Shown in pieces: positions 51,413 to 63,617 of a stretch of 64,000 nt of DNA. This DNA is from Squalus acanthias (Eukaryota), in assembly GCA_030390025.1 (NCBI GenBank), contig CM059433.1:24864001-24928000 (forward strand), written 5' to 3'. Numbering within the stretch: position 1 is the stretch's first letter; each line of letters begins with the position of its first letter. The notes beneath the pieces are model-generated. The model searched no databases. It worked only from the letters and a program-made list of their open reading frames with translations, and was not told where the DNA came from. The position numbers and the translations under genes are program-made.

Positions 51413-52013
51413 TATAACCATCCAATCAAGCAACCACTTACAGCTGATAGCTGTTAACTGCTAACTGTCACTGATTATAGAGTTTCTTTTATGTTACAAG
51501 ACAAAGCTAAATTCCAATCTGATGATTACTTACCTAACTTACCTTATACCTACCAATGAATTTCTCTTCTCCACCAATTCCTACTATGACCAATTTTTTC
51601 CAGTCTGCTTGCGATCTACTCCGATTGCGATATTACCCAGCTATGTGTCCAAGCTCTGTGCTCAAGTTCTCTGGCAGATTCTATGATTATCTGGGAACCT
51701 TGCACAGTGATAATAGCCATTACTTGGGAGCGGCGCGCAGTGTTAATGGACATTATTTAGGAACCTTGCACAGTGTTAATGGGCATTATTGGGAAATGTG
51801 CAAGGTGTTAATGGACAATTTACAATGTTAAATGTTCGATAGGGCATTAGGGTGTTGAATTAAATCAGTGGTATGAAGTCAAAGCCTGTGACTTCGCATC
51901 GATAGACCTCCACACATCGTTTACTGATCTAGACTGTGCCAAGGAGAGAAATTGTGTGCATCTACAGGGAGGGAAAGGAACATGGATTGGCAAGTCAGTC
52001 CAGGTTGCTCTCA

Positions 52014-52027
52014 GTGCCACCTAGTGG
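52014..52027 (-). promoter_or_regulatory. CTCF consensus motif
   Basis: Minus strand CCACTAGGTGGCAC matches CCASYAGRKGGCRS exactly; motif match only. Confidence 0.35.
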
Positions 52028-52029
52028 CA

Positions 52030-52575
52030 CTTGACTATTCCAACGTACTCCTGGCTAGTCGCCCACCTTGCACCCTCCGTAAACTTGAGATCCTACAAAA
52101 CTCTGCTGCCCGTATCCTAACACGCACCAAGTCCTATTCACCCATCACTCCTGTGCTCGTTGACCTACATTGGTTCACAGTCCGGCAAAGCATCAATTTT
52201 AAAATTCCCATCCTTGTTTTCAAATCCCTCCATGGCCTTGCCCCTCCCTATCTCTGTAACCTCCTCCAGCCCTACAACCTTCCAAGATCTCTGTGCTCCT
52301 CCACTTCTGGCCTGTTGAGCATCCCCGATTTTCTTTGCTCCACCATTGACGGCTGTGCCTTCAGCTGCCAAAGCACTAAGCTCTAGAATTCTCTCCCTAA
52401 ACTTCTCCCCATCTCTACCTCCTTTAAGATGCTTCTTAAAACCGACCTCTTTACCTGTTCTAATATCTCCTTATGTGGCCCGGCGTCAATTTTTTTTTGA
52501 TAACGCTCCTGTGAAGCGACTTGGGACGTTTTACTATGTTAAAGGCGCTATATAAATGCAAGTTGTTGTTGTTGC
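52030..52575 (+). mobile_element. L2 LINE 3' fragment
   Basis: LDYSNVLLA...LQNSAARILTRTK...LHW; tail gcgctatataaatgcaagttgttgttg. Confidence 0.88.
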
Positions 52576-52779
52576 CGCCATAGTGTGAGGCTTAAAAGCA
52601 CCATTTAAAGATGCTGAGTTTGGGTCTCCTTGCTGTTACCTAGCCATCGCAATAGTGTGAGACCTAAATAGTGGGAACAAACCGCTGGTACGTCTGTTAT
52701 ATTGAACAGCGTCCGTGCACCGGCATTCAAAGAGTAAACATGGTGCTATCCCATGAACTGGCTTGTTATTTTAAAGAAA

Positions 52780-53633
52780 TATTCCTGGGATATGGGCGTC
52801 GCTGGCAAGGCCAGCATTTATTGCCCATCCCTAATTGCCCTTGAACTGCTGCAGTCCGTGTGGTGAAGGTACTCGCACAGTGCTGTTAGGGAGGGAGTTC
52901 CAGGATTTTGATCCAGCGATGAAGGATCGGCGATATATTTCCAAGTCAGGATGGTATGTGACTTGGAGGGGAACTTGGAGGTGGTGCTGTTCCCATGTGC
53001 CTGCTGCCCTTGTCCTTCTAGAATCATAGAAAATGAAAATAGAAAAACATACAGCACAGAAGGAGGCCATTCAGCCCGTCGTGCCTGTGCTTGCTCTTTG
53101 AAAGGTCAGTCATGCTTAGTCCCACATCCCCGCTTTTTGTCCGTAACCCTGTAAGTTCCTCATCCTCAAGAACCTGTCCAACTCCCTTTTAAAATTAATT
53201 ATGGAATCAGCTTCCACCACCTTTTCAGGTAGAGCGTTCCAGATCCCGACAACTCTGAGTGAAAACATTTCTCCTCATCTCCCCTCTAGATCTTTTGCCA
53301 ATGATTTTAAATCTATGACCTCTGATTATTGACTCACTCGTCAGAGGGAATAGTTTTTCTCTATCTACTCTATCAAAACCTCTCATCATCTTGAAAACCT
53401 CTATTAGGTCACTTCCTAACCTTTTCTGTTCCAAGGAGAACAGTCCTAACTTTTCCAACCTAGGTGGTAGAGGTTGCGGGTTTGGGAGGTGCTGCCGAAG
53501 AAGCCTTGGCAAGTTGCTGCAGTGCATCTTGTAGATGGTACACACTGCAGCCATGGCGTGCCGTTGTTGGAGGGAGTTAATGTTTAAGGCGGTGGATGTC
53601 TGACAATCAAATGGACTGCTTTGTCCTGGATGA
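52780..53633 (-). mobile_element. Non-LTR retrotransposon 3' end with a nested CR1 3' fragment (53020-53460)
   Basis: Minus translation AMAAVCTIYKMHCSNLPRLLRQHLPNPQPLPP | CR1 insert | RRTRAAGTWEQHHLQVPLQVTYHPDLEIYRRSF...WNSLP. Confidence 0.8.
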
Positions 53634-54430
53634 TATCCTGCCAAATGTTTGTCACTTGGCACATTTTGTTGCATGTGTGACCCGATTGTTTGCAGGGATC
53701 TTATGATATGGGACTGATAATCAGATGACTGAACGTTCAGCAAAAGCCAAATTTAATTTTCCAGATGATGGATTTTATTCTTTTTTTGCTTCTCTATGTA
53801 CTGACTCACTTCTCACTTTAGAATTGCGGAGATTCAAGGGAAAAAAAAACCAATGTGGTTACAATACAAACTTAACCAAATCCAAACTGACAAAAATGCA
53901 GTCAAACTTGACTGTGATCCAATATATCAGCCATGATCTCATTGAATGCTGGAACAGCCTCAGGGGCTGAATGGCCTACTCTTGTTCCTATGTTTCTATA
54001 TAGCCTAAAGACAATTTTCTCACAATACTTGGTTAAAAGTCAGCCTTGGTCACATGATCCACTTCCTGGTCTATGAATGTCAGAATAATGTGAAGCCAGT
54101 TTGATTGGAATGCTCTTCAGTTCTTATTTTCACGCCAGCATCAATGCAACGTGAAACAATTTCTAAATTGTACGTGACTATCAAGGCCACTTATCATTTT
54201 ACGCAGTTTTCATTTGAGACCAAATAACATGCCGCAGAACAATTTCCCAGCAAGGGTGGCAATGGGGAACCGAGAAAACATATTCAAATCCATCATTCTG
54301 GAAGATTATATTTGGCTTTTGCTGAATGCTCAACCATCTGATTATCATTCCCATATCATAAGATCTCTGCAAACAATCGTGTCAGAAATGCAATACCAAA
54401 TGTGCCCAGTGATGGACACAGAGCAGGATA
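53634..54430. repeat. Diverged inverted repeat pair (~140-bp arms), probable old TIR transposon
   Basis: 53634-53775 is the diverged reverse complement of 54287-54430; both translate to similar SDY.SHIIRSLQTI on opposite strands. Confidence 0.75.
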
Positions 54431-55090
54431 GTAAGCCAGCACATTTTGGAATGATAGCGTCTTTAAAAACTGCAGTTTGAACGGTTGTGAATTATATTGC
54501 ATTATTTCCAGTCGCACATCTACGATTTTTGTGTTGAGCACATTTCCCTTTCAGTTGTAGTTGGTCGAGAGCCATGTCCTTGGAGAGGGTATTTACCAGG
54601 GGTGAGGTATTCCACACAGACTAAAGTGTATCTTCAAATATCTTCCAGTCACTGTTTTAAAAAAAAATCTGTTTTTTCTAAATAAATTGAGTTTCTTTGT
54701 GGATGGCAGAAACCTATAATACATGGGTATGTTGATATCTGAGCTCCACAATGCTAGAAGTCCTTTATTTTTTTGTCATTTTAATTAATAAGCCATGTAA
54801 ATGGTTAGTATTTGGGGTCAAGTAATGAAAGATCTAATTTTGAAAACTACTGCAATGTGACATTTGTGACACCTTAGAGTTCTATAGACCAAGCAGCTAA
54901 GCACAGGCTCCCACTGCTACCTGATCTGCATCAGGATGTAACCCTCTTCGTCCTTAGGGAGCTGTGTTTTAACTGAAAGATTTAATTACAAAGCTAAATC
55001 TTGCCAGTCAACTTCCGTTAGAAGAAATTAGCAGAGGCTTCCAAAGCTTTTTTTGGAATGACTAAGAAAGTTTCTTACTGGAAACACAAT

Positions 55091-55163
55091 GGCCCAGAAT
55101 TTGCTGGAAAAATAACGACAAATTCACGGTGTTAGATGCATCCGCTCCAGCAAATTCTGGGCC
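55091..55163. mobile_element. 73-bp mini-MITE of Harbinger-like family D
   Basis: Perfect 18-bp TIRs ggcccagaatttgctgga / tccagcaaattctgggcc; flanks AAT/AAC. Confidence 0.85.
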
Positions 55164-56064
55164 AACGTCCTTTTGGGGCGTATCTTAAAAATAGTTAAAA
55201 TAGTTAAAAAAATAGGGATTATTACAGTCCGGATTTTTTTTGGGTGCACTGTCAAAATAAATTCAAGCTTAGTAAAGGTTTCCTGAGCATAGTTCGACAC
55301 GAGCAGTGTTTGTAATCATGGTGCAGTAAGCACAGTAATATCCAGGATGAACTGATTATACCAAATGATGTAATTACTAGCCATTCACAAAACAGCAAGC
55401 TGAACATGTGGCTAATGATTGTCACATGACCTTTATCCAATTATTGTGTGAAAACTGTGTCTAGATCAAGTAGGATCATCACTGACCATTAATTGTTAAT
55501 TGCATTTTTGTTGATTATACTTTAATTGATTTGAATTTTAAGTGTTTTCTGGTTTGTTTTTTGTAATTATTTGTATATATTTACAGGTAAGTATTAAAAA
55601 CAAAAATTGAAGTCCATTTAATGAGAATACTCAATTCTAATTTTGAACTATCACAGATATGAAACTAACAGCGCCTTCACACTGCAGAAAATGAAATGAA
55701 AGCAAATTGCACTCGAGTTCACTTCAGGTTTATAAAGCTGATTCACACTGGCGCCATCAGATCTGAACTTAAATTATTATGAAGACAGTTGATATTGTGT
55801 CATGATGTGTGTGTGATGACATCACAACACATGTGCACAGATCAGTTAGTAAAATTTAGGAGCAATTAAAAAGATTTTTGTATTATCTCCAGGAGCGACA
55901 ACCAACTCTACAAAGCCTTTTCCTTCAATTCCCATTTTTCCTGCCTTATTGCTAAAGTCCCAACCACCTCCCCACACCACCCCACCCCCGCCACCCCTCG
56001 ACACTTCTGAATCCAGACTGCAGAACAGCAGTGGTCTACAATTTGTGCTTCAGAAGTCAAACCA

Positions 56065-56463
56065 TCAGATACTGGGGCTTCCACTTCTGGTTCATAATCT
56101 AGGCTGACACTTCAGTGCAGTGCTGAGGGAGTGCTACACTGTCAGAGGTGCCGTCTTTTGGATGAGACGTTATATCGAGGTCCCTCCTGCCCTCTCAGGT
56201 GGACATAAAAGATCCCATGGCACTATACAAAGAAGAGCAGGGGAGTTCTACCTGGTGTCCTGGCCAATATTTATCCCTCAACCAACATTATTAAAAAACA
56301 GATTATCTGTTCATTATCACATTGCTGTTTGTGGGACCTTGCTGTGTGCAAATTGGCTGACGCGTTTCCTACCTTACAACAGTGACTACACTTCAAAAAG
56401 TACTTCATTGGCTGTGAAGCGCTTTGTGATGTCCTGAGGTCGTGAAATGCAAGTTTTCTTTTT
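56065..56463 (+). mobile_element. DeuSINE (SacSINE1-like)
   Basis: Deu-domain-like ctgagggagtgctacactgtcagaggtgccgtcttttggatgagacgtta; L2-like 3' tail. Confidence 0.75.
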
Positions 56464-57199
56464 TCAGTATCAATGTGATCTGACATTGATACTGTTTACA
56501 CACCAAATTTAGCATCAAGTCAATTTGCTGCAACACTAAAGATGGTGGGTTCTAAGTTAGATAAAAAACAAAATTCAAATAGATTCAGATTCCACTTAAT
56601 TTCAAATGCAATTTCAAGGTCAGGAAATTCCAGATAGCGTAACTTCTTTACCAAATCCCATTTTGTTCATGAATGTCTTGCTATTCATTAACATTTATCG
56701 TTTCAGAAATTCCTTTTGTGTTGTGCAATTCTGCTAAACACTAATCCAGAAAGTTCTGCAGATCGGCATCACACCAATTTGATATTCTAAATGTGCAAAA
56801 TATGCTTCTGTGGTTTTTAAAATCTGTGGAGGGAGTGCAACTAAATGGTGTTATGAGTTTGCATCAGTAAACCTGGTCCTGAGGCTTTTCACCTCAGGTT
56901 CAGGTTTACTGATGGGATCCAAACTACCAGGGCAATGACTACCTCCTCCCCTGATGGCTGTGGGGATCCCAATTGAAACAAGTTTGAGCAGTCTTAATAG
57001 TTTCCTGGCAGAGATCCAAGGCACAAATCTCCCCATAATGTGACACAAGGCGAGGGGAGAGCAATTATTTTGGTTACAATCTGTACCAACAACATAAATG
57101 TATTCAAGAAGAATGTGTTTATGATGTTGTCACGCAAGAGCATTTTATCACACAGGTTGGCATGAAATTGAGGATTTCATTCACCAATGAATTCCTCAT

Positions 57200-60100
57200 T
57201 CAGGAGGAATTCCTGAAATGTGTACAAGAGAACCTTCTTGATCAGTGTGTTTCCAGCCTAACAAGGAAGGAAGCAGTGCTGGATCTAGTACTGAGGAATG
57301 AAATGGGGCAGGTTGAGCATGTTTCAGTGGGAGAGCATTTGGGGAAGAGTGATCATAATATCATCAGGTTTAGAATAGTGCAAGGAACAATCAAGCATTA
57401 AAAAAATTAACTGGAGGAGGGTTAACTTCAGTGAGTTGAAAAGGGATCTGGCCCAGGTGGATTGGAATCAAAAATTGGTAGGCAAAACAGTAATTGAACA
57501 ATGGGAGGCCTTCAAAGAGGAGATGGTTCGTATACAGAGTAGACACATTCCCACGAGGAGGAAAGGAAGGGCATCCAAAGCTAGAGCCCCCTGGATGACT
57601 AAAGATATAGAGGTTAAAATGAGAGAGAAAAAGGAAGCTTATGACAATTGTAAGGTTCATAATACAGTGGAGAACCATGCTGAGCATATAAAGTACAGAT
57701 AAGATCTAAAAAAAGAGAATAAGAGGGGCAAAGAGAGAGTATGAGAATAGATTAGCGGCTAACATAAAAGGGAACCCAAATGTCTTTTATAAACACATAA
57801 ATAGTAAAAGGGTAGTCAAAGGAAGGGTGGGGCCGATTAAGGACCAAAAGGAGATCATCTTGTGGAGGCAGTGAATGTCTGAGGTACTAAACGAGTACTT
57901 TGCATCTGTCTTCACTAGAGAAGAGGATGTTGCCAATGTAGCAGCAAAGGAGGAGGCTGTAGCAATACTGGATAGGATAAAAATAGATAAAAAGGAGGTA
58001 TTTAAAAGGTTGGCAGTTTTCGAAGTAGAAAAGTCTACTAGTCCGTTTGGGATGCAACCTAGGTTACTGAGAGAAGGGTGGCAATTGTGGAGGCTCTGGC
58101 CACAATCTTCCAATTCTCCTTGGATATGGGGTATGGGACCAGAGGACTGGAGGATTGCAAATCTTACACACCTGCTTAAAAAAAGGGGAGAGGGATAAAC
58201 CCGGCAACTACAAGCTAGTCAGCCTAAGGAAACTTTTAGAGAAAATAATCCATGACAAAATTAATTGGCATTTGGAAAACTATGAGCTAATAAAGGAAAG
58301 TCAGCATGGATTTGTTAAAGGCAAATTGTGTTTGACTAACTTGATTGAGTTCTTTGATGAAGTAACGGAAAGGTTTTTTAAAATTCGTTCCTGGGATGTG
58401 GGCGTTGTTGGCCATCCCTAATTGCCCTTGAGAAGGTGGTGGTGAGCTGCCTTCTTAAACCGCTGCAGTCCTTGTGATGAAGGTACTCCCACAGTGCTGT
58501 TAGGGATTCTTATTATTGTTTTTCGTAGCGGTTGTGTACAACTGAATGGCTTGCTAGGCCATTTCAGAGGGCAGTTAAGAGTCAACCACATTGCTGTGGG
58601 TCTGGAGTCACATATAGGCCAGACCAGGTAAGGATGGCAGATTTCCTACCCAGAGGTTAGTGCATTTGATGTTGTGTATATGGACTTTCAAAAGGCATTT
58701 GACAAAGTACCACATAGTACACTTGTTGGTAAATTGAAGCCCATGGGATTAAAGAGCCAGTGGCAGCATGCATACAAAATTGGCTAAGGGACAGAAAGTA
58801 GAGAGTAAAAGAAAAAGAAAGACTTGCATTTATATAGCACCTTTCATGACCACTGGACGTCTCAAAGCGCTTTACAGCCAATTAAGTACTTTTGGAGTGT
58901 AGTCACTGTTGTAATGTAGGAAACGCGGCAGCCAATTTGCACACAGCAAGCTCCCACAAGCAGCAATGTGATAATGACCAGATAATCTGATTTTGTTATG
59001 TTGATTGAGGGATAAATATTGGCCAGGACACCAAAAGAGTGCCATGGGATCTTTCTTTTACGTCCACCTGAGAGAGCAGACGGGGCCTCGATTTAATGTC
59101 TCATCCGAAAGACGGCACCTCCGACAGTGCAGCACTCCCTCAGCACTGCCCTAGAGTGTCAGCCTAGACTTTTGTGCTCAAGTCCCTGAGTAGTGGTGAC
59201 GGTTGTTTATCAGATTGGAAGGAAATATACAGTGGTGTTCCCCAGGGGTCAGTATTAGGACCACTGCTCTTTTTGCTATAAATGACCTGGACTTGGGTAT
59301 ACAGGACATAGTTTCAAAGTTTGCAGATGAAACGAAACTCAGAAATGTAGTAAACAAAGAGGCGGATAGTAACAGACTTCAGGAGGACATAGACAAACAG
59401 GTGAAATGGACAGATACATGGCAGATGAAATTTAACACAGAAAAGAGTGTAGTGATACATTTTGGTAGGAAGAATAGGGAGAGGCAATATGAACTAAATC
59501 GTACAATTTTAAAGTGGGTGCAGGAACAGAGAGACCAGTACACAAATCTTTGAAGATGATAGGACAAGTTGAGAAGACTGTTAAAAAGCATATGGGATCT
59601 TTGGCTTTATTTATAGAGTAATAGAGTACAAACGCGAGTAAGTTATGCTAAACCTTTATAAAACATTTGTTAGACCTCAGCTGGAGTATTGTGTTCAATT
59701 CTGGGCACCACAGTTTAGGAAGGATGTTGAGGCCTTAGAGAGGGTGCAGAAGAGATTTACTAGAATGTTACCAGGGATGAGAGACTTCAGTTATGTGGAG
59801 AGACTGGAGAAGCTGGGGTTGTTCTCCTTAAGAGAAGAGAAGCGTAAGTGGAGATTTGATAGCGGTGTTCAAAATCATGAAGGATTTTGATAGAGTAAAT
59901 AAGGACAAACTGTTTCCAGAGGCAGAAGGGCCGGTAACCGGAGGAGACAGATTTAAGGTGACTGGCAAAAGTATCAGAGGCGACATGTGGAAACTTTTTT
60001 TTACACAGCAAGTTGTTGTGATCTGGAATGCACTGTCTGAAAGGGTGGTGGAAGCAGATTCAACAGTAACATTCAAAAGAGAATTGGATAAATACTTGAA

Positions 60101-60228
60101 GGAAAAAAAATAGAGGGTTATGGGGAAAGAGCAGGGGAGTGGGACAAGTCGGAAAGCTCTACCTAACAGCCGGCACAGGCACGATGGGCCAAATGGCCTC
60201 TTTCTGCGCTGTATCATTCTATGATTCT
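57200..60228 (+). mobile_element. Degenerate CR1 ORF2 (EN tail + RT + 3' UTR) with two nested insertions
   Basis: HLGKSDHNII, SQHGFVKGK, MDFQKAFD, FADETKL, RPQLEYCVQFW; inserts at ~58375-58655 (LINE 3' end, minus) and 58810-59188 (SINE). Confidence 0.9.
58810..59188 (-). mobile_element. DeuSINE (SacSINE1-like), 5'-truncated
   Basis: Reverse complement of 56100-56460; flanked by gagta on both sides. Confidence 0.8.
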
Positions 60229-60629
60229 TGGATCCCACAAAAGTGTGGAAAATGGAGAAAGGTGTTAAAGAGGATAGTTGGAATAAATTATAAGTAGTGG
60301 TTTTTCCATCTGGTCATGAATGCAGACATTGAAAAAATATTTTTAAATATTTAATTTCCCAGTAATTGCATGCGTCATGTTGATGAAGATAAAAATTGAC
60401 CAAATAAATATGAATTCCTTAAGTCTAGGAAAAAAAGAAAGAAAGACTTGCATTTATATAGTGCCTTTCACGACTACCAAGCGCTTTACAACCAGTACTT
60501 TTTGAAGTGTAGTCACTGTTGTAATATCGGAAAAGTATGACGTATGCTTCCTCTGCTGCAACTGGTCAGATATCTGCTGTGGCTGACACAGAGGAGTAGA
60601 TCAACAGTAAAGAGTTATGTGACTTATAA

Positions 60630-61795
60630 ATATAAACAGAAAGTGCTGGAAATACTCAGCAGTTCAGGCACCATCTGTGGAGAGAGAAACAGGGTTAAAG
60701 TTTCAGGTCCGGTGACATTTCATCGCAACTGGAAAAAGTTAGAGATGTAACAGATTTTAAGCAAGTACAGAGGCAGGGAAAGGGGGAGGGGAGAAAAGAA
60801 CAAAAGGGAAGATCTGTGATAGGGTGGAAGGCAGGAGAGAGTAAAAGACAAAAAGTATGATGGTACAAGGCAAAAGGGGATGGTAATGAGACAAGTAAAG
60901 AAACAAAAGATGGGTCTAGAGGAGGTGTAAATGGTAATAACAGAATCATGACCAGCACCTGCTGTCCGAAAAAATGGGAGCAGTGGTTATGATCTGAAAT
61001 TGTTGAACTCGATGTTGAGTCCAGAAGGCTGTAAAGTGCCTAATAAAAAGATGAGGTGCTGTTCCTCGAGCTTCCTTTGAACTTCATTGGAACTGTGTAG
61101 GAGGCCGAGGTCAGAGTGGGAGTGGGGCGGAGAATTAAAATAGCAAGCAGCCGGAAGCTCTGGGTCAGGCTTGTGGACTAAATGGAGGTGTTCTGCAAAG
61201 CAATCACCCAATCTGCGTTTGGTCTTCCCAATGTAGAGGAGACTGCATCATGAGCAGTGAATACAGTATACTAAATTGAAAGAAGTACAAGTAAATCGCT
61301 GTTTCACCTGGAAGGAGTGTTTGGGGCTCTGGACGATGGAAAGGGAGGAGGTGAAAGGGCAGGTGTTGCTTCTCCTGTGCTTGCATGGGAAGGGAAGCGG
61401 GTGTTGGGGGTGATTGAAGAGTGGACCAGGATGTCGCGGAGGGAATGGTCCTTTCGGAATGCTGAAAGGGGAGGGGAAGATGCATTTGGTGGTGGCATCG
61501 CGCTGGAGGTGGCGGAAATGGTGGAGGATGATCCGTTGAATGTAGAGGCTGGTGGGGTGGAAGGTGAGGACAAGGGGAACCCTATCATGGTTCCGGGAGG
61601 GAGGGGAAGGGGTTGAGAGCAGAAGTGCGGGAAATGTGATGGTCATGGTTGAGGGCCCTGCCAACCACAGTGGAGAGGAATCCTTGTTTGAGGAAAAAGG
61701 AAGACATATCGGAAGCACTGGTATAGAAGGTGGCATCATCAGAACAGATGCGACGGAGATGGAGAACCTGGGAGAATGGAATAGAGTCCTATTAT
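60630..61795 (-). mobile_element. Penelope-like retroelement fragment (GIY-YIG endonuclease region + terminal repeat)
   Basis: Minus frames: RVPLVLTFHP, FQVKQRFTCTSFNLVYCIHCS, FAEHL, RKLEEQHLIFLLGTLQPSGLNIEF. Confidence 0.88.
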
Positions 61796-61927
61796 AGTGA
61801 CTTAAAAACTTGGCTGACAACCGCTAGGAACACCCATTCTCCTGTGGCCACTTACTAAGTTATCTCACAGTAATGATAAGTGAGCAGATTGTGAGGACAG
61901 ATTAGCCAAATTCAACCCACTCCCAAG

Positions 61928-62153
61928 TGCGTGCCTTCAGGTGCCTAGGCCCTAAGCTCTGGAATCCCCTCCCTAAACCTCTCCGCCTCACTACCTCTCT
62001 CTCCTCCTTTAAGTATCTCCTTAAAACCTACCTCCCCTGTCCTAATAGCTCCTTAAGTGGCTCGGTGTCAACTTTTGTTTGATAACGCTCCTTTGAAGCG
62101 CCTTGGGACGTTTTACTATGTTAAAGGTGCTATATAAATGCAAGTTGTTGTTG
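61928..62153 (+). mobile_element. L2 3' end fragment
   Basis: ccctaagctctggaat...tatataaatgcaagttgttgttg. Confidence 0.8.
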
Positions 62154-62719
62154 AGGTCCGTGATGGTTCGCTTCCCACCCAAAGGCCCGCTACCATCTGC
62201 TCATTGGGTGGCAGCTCACTGAACTTGACAAACGACTATTGACAGCACAAAAGCAGCAGCGTGTTCTCGAGACAATTCTGGGAGGTCATCAAGCTGACAA
62301 CTTGATTCAGGCAACCTGTCAAATGGCTCAACACATCTATAAACAGCATGCCAAAGCCAACATGCTCCAAACTGAAACTTACTAGGAATGTATTAAAGAT
62401 GATCAGTCCAAGTGAGATGATCCATCTAAATTCTGTAGTCGTGAGAGATCTAGAAACAACGCATATATCAGAGGTAATGAAATATCAGTATTATAAAGGC
62501 AGAATGCTATATTTAAAGGGAAATTCAAGTGATGTTATCAATTTGGCATATCTGATTGATCGCCATTCACATCACTGTTCCCATTAGAATGGTTCTGGAG
62601 TGAAGAAAAACAGTAAACATTTATGTGGGCATGTTTTGCCTTTCGGACTCTTGACTCTTCAGGTATTTTCTACCTTTTCCTTTCTTGTGTACCATGTGCC
62701 TTGCACCATCTCTGGTTGA

Positions 62720-62883
62720 GGCCTGGAAATTCATCTCGGGCGGTGGTGCAAAAAGGGCGGTATTGGTTATATGCAATGCCTGATATTGACTGCAATGGAA
62801 CTGAGTATCAGGCGCTGTGTATAACAGGCTGCCGATCCGATACCGCCTGTTTTGCAGCACCGCCCGAGACAGATTTCGAGGCC
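62720..62883. mobile_element. Short Harbinger/Tourist-like hairpin MITE (164 bp)
   Basis: Long imperfect TIRs ggcctggaaattcatctcgggcggtggtgcaaaa / ttttgcagcaccgcccgagacagatttcgaggcc; flanks TGA/TGT. Confidence 0.75.
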
Positions 62884-63617
62884 TGTGTGTGTAACCTGCT
62901 CTCAGGCTGATGTTGATCTAAAAGTGCCTGCTAGAGGGTGCTAGAGAGCAGTTGTGGGAGCATGTCCTTCCCACTCTATGACGAAGGCCATGATTCCAGT
63001 TGGCAGCTCCCCGCGCGGTATGATTGAGGTGGGGGATTCTGTGCAGGGGACTGCACACGTGAACCCGCCTGTCTCTTGGTGATGCGGTCCTTTTAAGTTC
63101 CAACGTGCTTCGTATCTGCATTGTTTATTTGGGCATACTTACATTGACAGCTGCTGGTGCCCATTATAGTTAGCTGCCACAACACCGTGGACTTCCCAAA
63201 TATCTCTCCCCTTGCTGGGAGACAGTGCAGGCTCCAAATAACTCCGTATGACTCAGATCAGAATCTGAGTGGCGCAGGGCTTGAAACACTTCATAGCACA
63301 GAGCACGGGCACTACTAATTAGTATGGTCATATTGCCCGGCCCTGTGAAGACTTGAATCTCTCTAAGTTTAGCAGCATGCTTAACGGGTGGGTGACTTGA
63401 GTGACTACTATTGTTGTTGTCTGTGTAGGGGGAAGGAAAATGTGGGAGGGAAAAAAGAGAGATGAAAGAAACTGTTTTGTGAATGACATTTATGGGACAG
63501 ATAGGTCTCTTTGACTGAGCGCAGTGAGGTTATTAATTATGGGATCAGAGGCTAATAATTACAAAGTGATTATTTTTAATGGAGCAGGGAATTGCTTGTG
63601 GGTGTCAAAAAAGTATT

